A stretch of 64,000 nt of DNA, from the NCBI RefSeq assembly GCF_036971445.1, contig NC_091473.1, positions 250,728,001 to 250,792,000 on the forward strand, in the 5' to 3' direction. The DNA is from Narcine bancroftii. Taxonomy: Eukaryota. The position numbers were made by a program, and so were the translations under genes. Below are positions 59,141-64,000 of the stretch, in pieces. Under the pieces are notes generated by a model that was not told the origin of the DNA, searched no databases, and saw only the letters and a program-made list of their open reading frames with translations. The first letter of the stretch is position 1. Each line of letters opens with the position of its first letter.

Positions 59141-61778
59141 GTGATGTTTCTTTTATTACAATAAAGAAACTTGGGTTCTTTTTAAAACAACTAGATTTAT
59201 TATCTAAGCAAACAGCACTAAGGACTGAACAAACACATGCCAGACCTCATGTGGAGGCATCCATCTTGAATCTACCCATGATGCATCAGTGTACTCAAGA
59301 TGCAATATTCCCTGGATGCTGCACATTCAGTCCTGACTCCTTCAGGCGATAGCACTCTATCACTACATCCCCTTTCTTTGAGATGTTTAATTAAACATGA
59401 CACATTAATACAGTATTCTTTCAATTTAAAGTTCAACACAAATGTAACATGAACATCAGCAGCACAAACTTTTAAGTGTGAAGTTCTTTTTCTTCTATAG
59501 ATTCAGTCTGTCAGCTGCTTTGACAACTTGTATGGATCTTCTTAACACAGGTGCTTGTGTTGGGTCTGCTGGTTCACTACTGCCTAGCATGGGTGGTGTT
59601 TCCACTATTTCTATGCAGGCTGAATCCTCTGCATTTATCTGTTCCTACAGTATTTCAGGCATTTTCAGCAGGCTCCTTTGATTCCTCCTCAGTATTTGAC
59701 CCTTCTCTGTTCTGACAGTGTAGGATCTTCCATTTTCTTCTCCCAGAACAGTAGCCTTTTTGTCCCAAGTGCTGGAAACTCTGAGTCTCATTGTAACATG
59801 TTGCGCCAGTGGCCCTAAGCTTCTCGCTGACTTGTCATATTTTTGCTTTAGTCTCCCTTGCAGATGCTTTTGTTTCAACATCTCGGTTCTTGTTTGGGTC
59901 TGCAAAGTAGGGCAGTGTGGTGCGTAGTCTACATACCATCAGAAGCTCAGTGGGTGACCTGCCATGTTCACATGGTGAAGCTCTATAACTCAACAGAGCT
60001 GGATATGGATCTGAGCCACTGTCTAGTGCTTTCTTGAGCAACTGTTTAACAATGTGAATTCCTTTCTCTGCTTTGCTGTTTGACTGTGGATTCAGAGAAC
60101 TTGAAGTCACATGTCAGAAAACATACTCTTCTGTAACGTTCTGGAATTCTCTACAACTGTAGCATGGTCCATTGTCACTGTAGACAATTTGAGGAATTGT
60201 CTGTCTTGCAAAGATCGATTTCATATATTGGATCACACAAGTAGCGGACATGCTAGGAAGCAGCTCAATATCCAGGTAGTCTGATAGATAATCAATAACC
60301 AGCAAGTAATTCTTTTCATCCAGGTGGAACAGATCAGTCCCAACTTTCTGGCATGGTTCTGCTAGTATGTCCATTAATATCATGGGTTCTTTTGCCTGCT
60401 TTGCATGATGTTTCAAACAGGTCTCACAACTTGAAACCATCCTGTCAATGTCAGCGTTTATCCCTGGCCAATAAACAGTAATTCTGACCCTCCTCTTGCA
60501 TTTTTCCATTCAAAGGTGCCCCTTATGCACCCTTTCCAGCATCTCTTGCCTCACTGATTGAGGAATGACAATTCTGCTCTGTCTGAGTAGAGCTCAGCTC
60601 TGATGTTGCAGTATGACTGACAGTCTCCTCTAGGCCATTCTTCATTCAGATTCTTGATGAACTTCTGTAGAACTGTGTTCTTGTATGTTTCATCTGTGAT
60701 CTGCTCGAATTTCATTCAGATACAAGAAGTCATTCAGTGACCAGGTTCACGTGGAGATTCACATCTGTCTCTGTGGAACTCTCATTGTATGCTTCACTCT
60801 GTATCGTTGCCCTGGATAATGCATCAGCTAACACAATAAGTTTCCCTGGTGAGTACACCAATTCAAATTCATAACGTTGCAACTTCATCATCAGTCTTTG
60901 GATTCTCAGTGACATTTTACTGGGATTTTTCTTGATTATGGCTATTAATGGCTTGTGGTCTGTTTCTGCCACGAATGTTGGTCGACCATACACATAACTG
61001 TGGAATTTCTCAGGTCCATAGACCAGACTTAAACACTCTTTCTCGATCTGTGCATATCGACATTCAGATGTTGTCATCGTCCTTGATGCGTCTGCTACTG
61101 GCCTCCAATCTCCCACAGCCTGAAGTAGTATGGCACCTATTCAATTTTTTTAAGCGTCCATGGATATTTTCATCTTTCTGGATGCGTCAAAGAATGTCAA
61201 AAGCACTGGTTCTGTAGTTAGAATGATCTTCAGTCATCCCCACTCTTCCTCATGGTTGTCTGTCCACTTGAATTCACATTTGTCCTGTAAAAACTTCCTT
61301 TGGTATATTGTTTTGGAAGACAGGTTTGGTATGAATTTACCAATGAAATTGATAATTCCCAGTGCTCTCAATTAGTCTATTTTTGTCAGTGGGTCTGGGC
61401 ATTTCTAAAATTGTTTTCACCTTGCTCTTGTCTGCCTCTAACTGTTTATCTCCCAAAAAGGAGATTTCCTTCAGACCAAACTGACATTTTTCTCCGTTTA
61501 ACTTTAATCCATATTTTTGGATGTGTTGTAGCTCTTTGAGGAGCCTCTCGTTGTGTTTTTTTTTATGTGGATCCACATAGGATTATGTCATCCATGTACA
61601 CATGTACCCCATTTAGGCCTTCTATGATATATTCCATGGTCCTGTGGAACACTTCCAAAGCTGAGGAAATTCCAAAAGGTATCCTCAGATATAGGAGCAT
61701 CAGCCAAATGGCATATTAAATGTACAGTATTTTGCACTATCATCATGTAGTTTTATTTGCCAGAAGTCCTGGCATACA
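59140..61778 (-). mobile_element. Gypsy element 3' half (RT-RNaseH-integrase, 3' LTR ~59140-59367)
   Basis: Minus-strand YMDD region, YAQIEKE, TDHKPL, YWPG, C..C, SDNGP, SNSKAE. PPT adjacent to the LTR. Confidence 0.85.
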
Positions 61779-63419
61779 TCCTTAATGGGTGGCCCGAATC
61801 TGAAGTCATTCCAGAAGATCTAAAACCTTACCACACACGCCACCATGAACTATCAGCTGAAGAAGGAGGTTTACTAAGGGGTACCCGTACAATTATTCCA
61901 GCCAAATGGCAAACTACCATGTTAGCAGAACTACACCACGACCATCCAGGAATGATGCAAATGAAAGCACTGGGCCGGATGCACGTCTGGTGGCCCTGCA
62001 TAGACAGAGACATTGAAACACAGTAAGAGAATGCCAAGTATGTCAGCCAATGCAGCCAGAAATTCCACAAGCCGAAGCTAACCCATGGAAATGGCCATCC
62101 ACACCCTGGCATCGGATTCATGTAGACTTCGCTAGACCATTCACGGGTGAGACTTTTCTAATACCTGTGGACGCACACTCCAAATGGCCAGTAGTTTCAC
62201 AGCTGAAAAATACCACGATTGACTATCTATGAGCTATCTTTGCCACTTACGGACTGCCTCATGAATTAGTTACAGTCAATGGGCCTTTTTTTAACATTTT
62301 TTCAGAACATTTTTAAAATTTATGCGCGACAACAATATCAGACATATTTTGTCCGCACTCTATCACCCAAGTACTCATGGGAAGGCAGAATGTTTTGTAC
62401 AAATATTCAAAAAAGCAGTGAAAACCATGAAACTTCTAAATGCCTCCTGGACACACAAAATTACAGATTTCCTATTGGGATACAGAAACATGGCACAATC
62501 TACCGAAAAACGCACCCCAGCAGAACTAATGTTTGGCCGCAACCTGCGGACCAGGCTATCCACAGTTCATCCAGATCTGGTCTCCGGTTGCAAAAAAACC
62601 AGTATCGCCACAGACCTCAGCGAGAACATTGGAAGTGGGCGGGAGAGTTCTGGTACAAGATTGTAGACAATATAAAGACCTATGGATGGTAGGAGTAATC
62701 TTACAAAAATTGAGCCCCTGCTCATATTCTGTTCTAGTGGGGACAGATTGTGGAAGAGACACAGTGACCAATTACGAGCATTGACTGCCACTCATGGAGA
62801 GGTGGAATCAAACATGCCATGGTCTGCCCCAACTATCCCACCCCTCAGACCGAGTTGGGGAGGGGGGGCAGTGATGGTCACCGACCCAAGCAGTCCAGTG
62901 AGGAGTCCAGTCATTGAGATATGCAGCCAGTCGGGCAGCAAAGACCGGCAGTCACCGGCAAAGGTCAGTGAAGTTGGGCAGTCACCGCCAACTCGACCAC
63001 CAACCTGACTATCTATGGGTCCTGTGCAAAGACTGGCACACCAAACCACACTGAGGTGTTCCAAAAGAGAAAGAAGACCACCTGAACGTTTTAAGGACTA
63101 TGTGCCCTGATTATTATTAAATACTTTCCCTTTTATAATTATAATTACTCATGAGGTGTATTCTAATTCTCACTTGTAGTCTGGGCTTGATGCAATCTTA
63201 TTAGTTTGAAGGGGCCCAGTCAGCATTTACTGCACGGGGGGGAAGAGTGTTGGGTATAAGCCCACCCTCTGCTGGACATCATGATGTCATCCTTCCATTT
63301 ATATAAAACACCCTGTGTGTCAGTAGCCGTGTTAGTCCTAATAGAAGGAAAGAATGAGAAAGCAGCACGTCTGCGAGTCTTAATTGTATGAGTGCCTACA
63401 CAAAAGCTGCACGCTATCA
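61779..63419 (+). mobile_element. Second Gypsy element 3' half (integrase, PPT, short 3' LTR ~63248-63419)
   Basis: ELHHDHPGM..WWP, PWHRIHVDFA, VDAHSKWP, YHPST.G.AE, TPAELMFGR. G-rich polypurine tract ending ggaagag before tgttggg. Confidence 0.8.
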
Positions 63420-63584
63420 AAACTGAGGGAAATTCCATTTGATGAACTGGACACGCTTATGGGGAAGCCACACAATCCAAAACATTTCTGTGATGGTTCA
63501 ACTGTTTAAGTTTCACAGCCTTTTAAGGAAGCAAGATCAGTTGTGTGGCCAAGCTTTAGCACTTATCGGAGTATTGTGATTTCT

Positions 63585-64000
63585 TATTTTTTTAAATTAT
63601 TTTTATTCAGTTTTATCAGAAAAACAAAAAAAACAGCAGTAAATCAATTGCAATGAAACTTTTGCAGATTGACAAATAATAACATACGGTACAGTAGCAA
63701 TACGACTTACTGCTAAATCCAATAAATGGTAATACATAGAATATTATAAGAGATAAATAATAAAAAAGAAAAAGAAAAAAAATTCAAACCCACATCGATC
63801 ATGATTAAAATTCATATTGTGAGTTTTTAAAAATATTTCATTTATTAAAATCGTGATATCTATATGAAAATATAATTAATGATACAAAAAAAATTGAAAA
63901 AAAACATACATAATTTTTTTTAAAACTAACCCCCTACAATTCCCCAACCGCGCCTAAACCACCCAACCCCACCTCCCACTAACCTTATCCCAAAAATAGA
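63585..64000 (-). mobile_element. Probable L1 3' end (minus strand)
   Basis: T-rich start with TTTATT and a C-rich tract, mirroring the 3' end of the intact L1. Similar remnant at ~57840-58200. Confidence 0.45.

Overview
Vertebrate, repeat-rich genomic DNA. The repeat content (CR1/L2/Rex1/RTE/L1 LINEs, Penelope-like remnants, Gypsy LTR elements) and the receptor style suggest a cartilaginous fish; this is inference. Manual exon reconstruction on the + strand gives two tandem CD300/pIgR-like immunoglobulin-superfamily receptor genes. Their extracellular parts (V-set Ig, Cys-rich C2-like Ig, Ser/Thr stalk) are almost identical, but their signalling ends are unrelated. Gene 1 has its leader upstream of the window and exons 1354-1674, 2091-2414, 13002-13092, 14415-14505 and 15016-15063. 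It has an Arg-containing TM and a short tail without tyrosine motifs (activating type). Gene 2 has exons 24186-24222, 26202-26522, 26939-27262, 43212-43302, 46144-46235, 49618-49664 and 53113-53385, giving 394 aa. It has a neutral TM and a tail with 2 ITIMs, 1 ITSM and 1 ITIM-like motif (inhibitory type). Together they look like a paired activating/inhibitory receptor system made by segmental duplication or gene conversion of the ectodomain block (1-~13975 vs 24799-~44690). Each gene carries a second, divergent V exon in its C2-stalk intron, open in gene 1 and stop-containing in gene 2; gene 2 also has a dead leader exon. The two copies differ by datable TE events: a full-length L1, an RTE fragment and solo-LTR formation. 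The right end holds a 19-bp minisatellite derived from a CR1 RT motif and a nest of Gypsy elements. A 184-N gap lies inside gene 2. All coordinates and alignments were done by eye.
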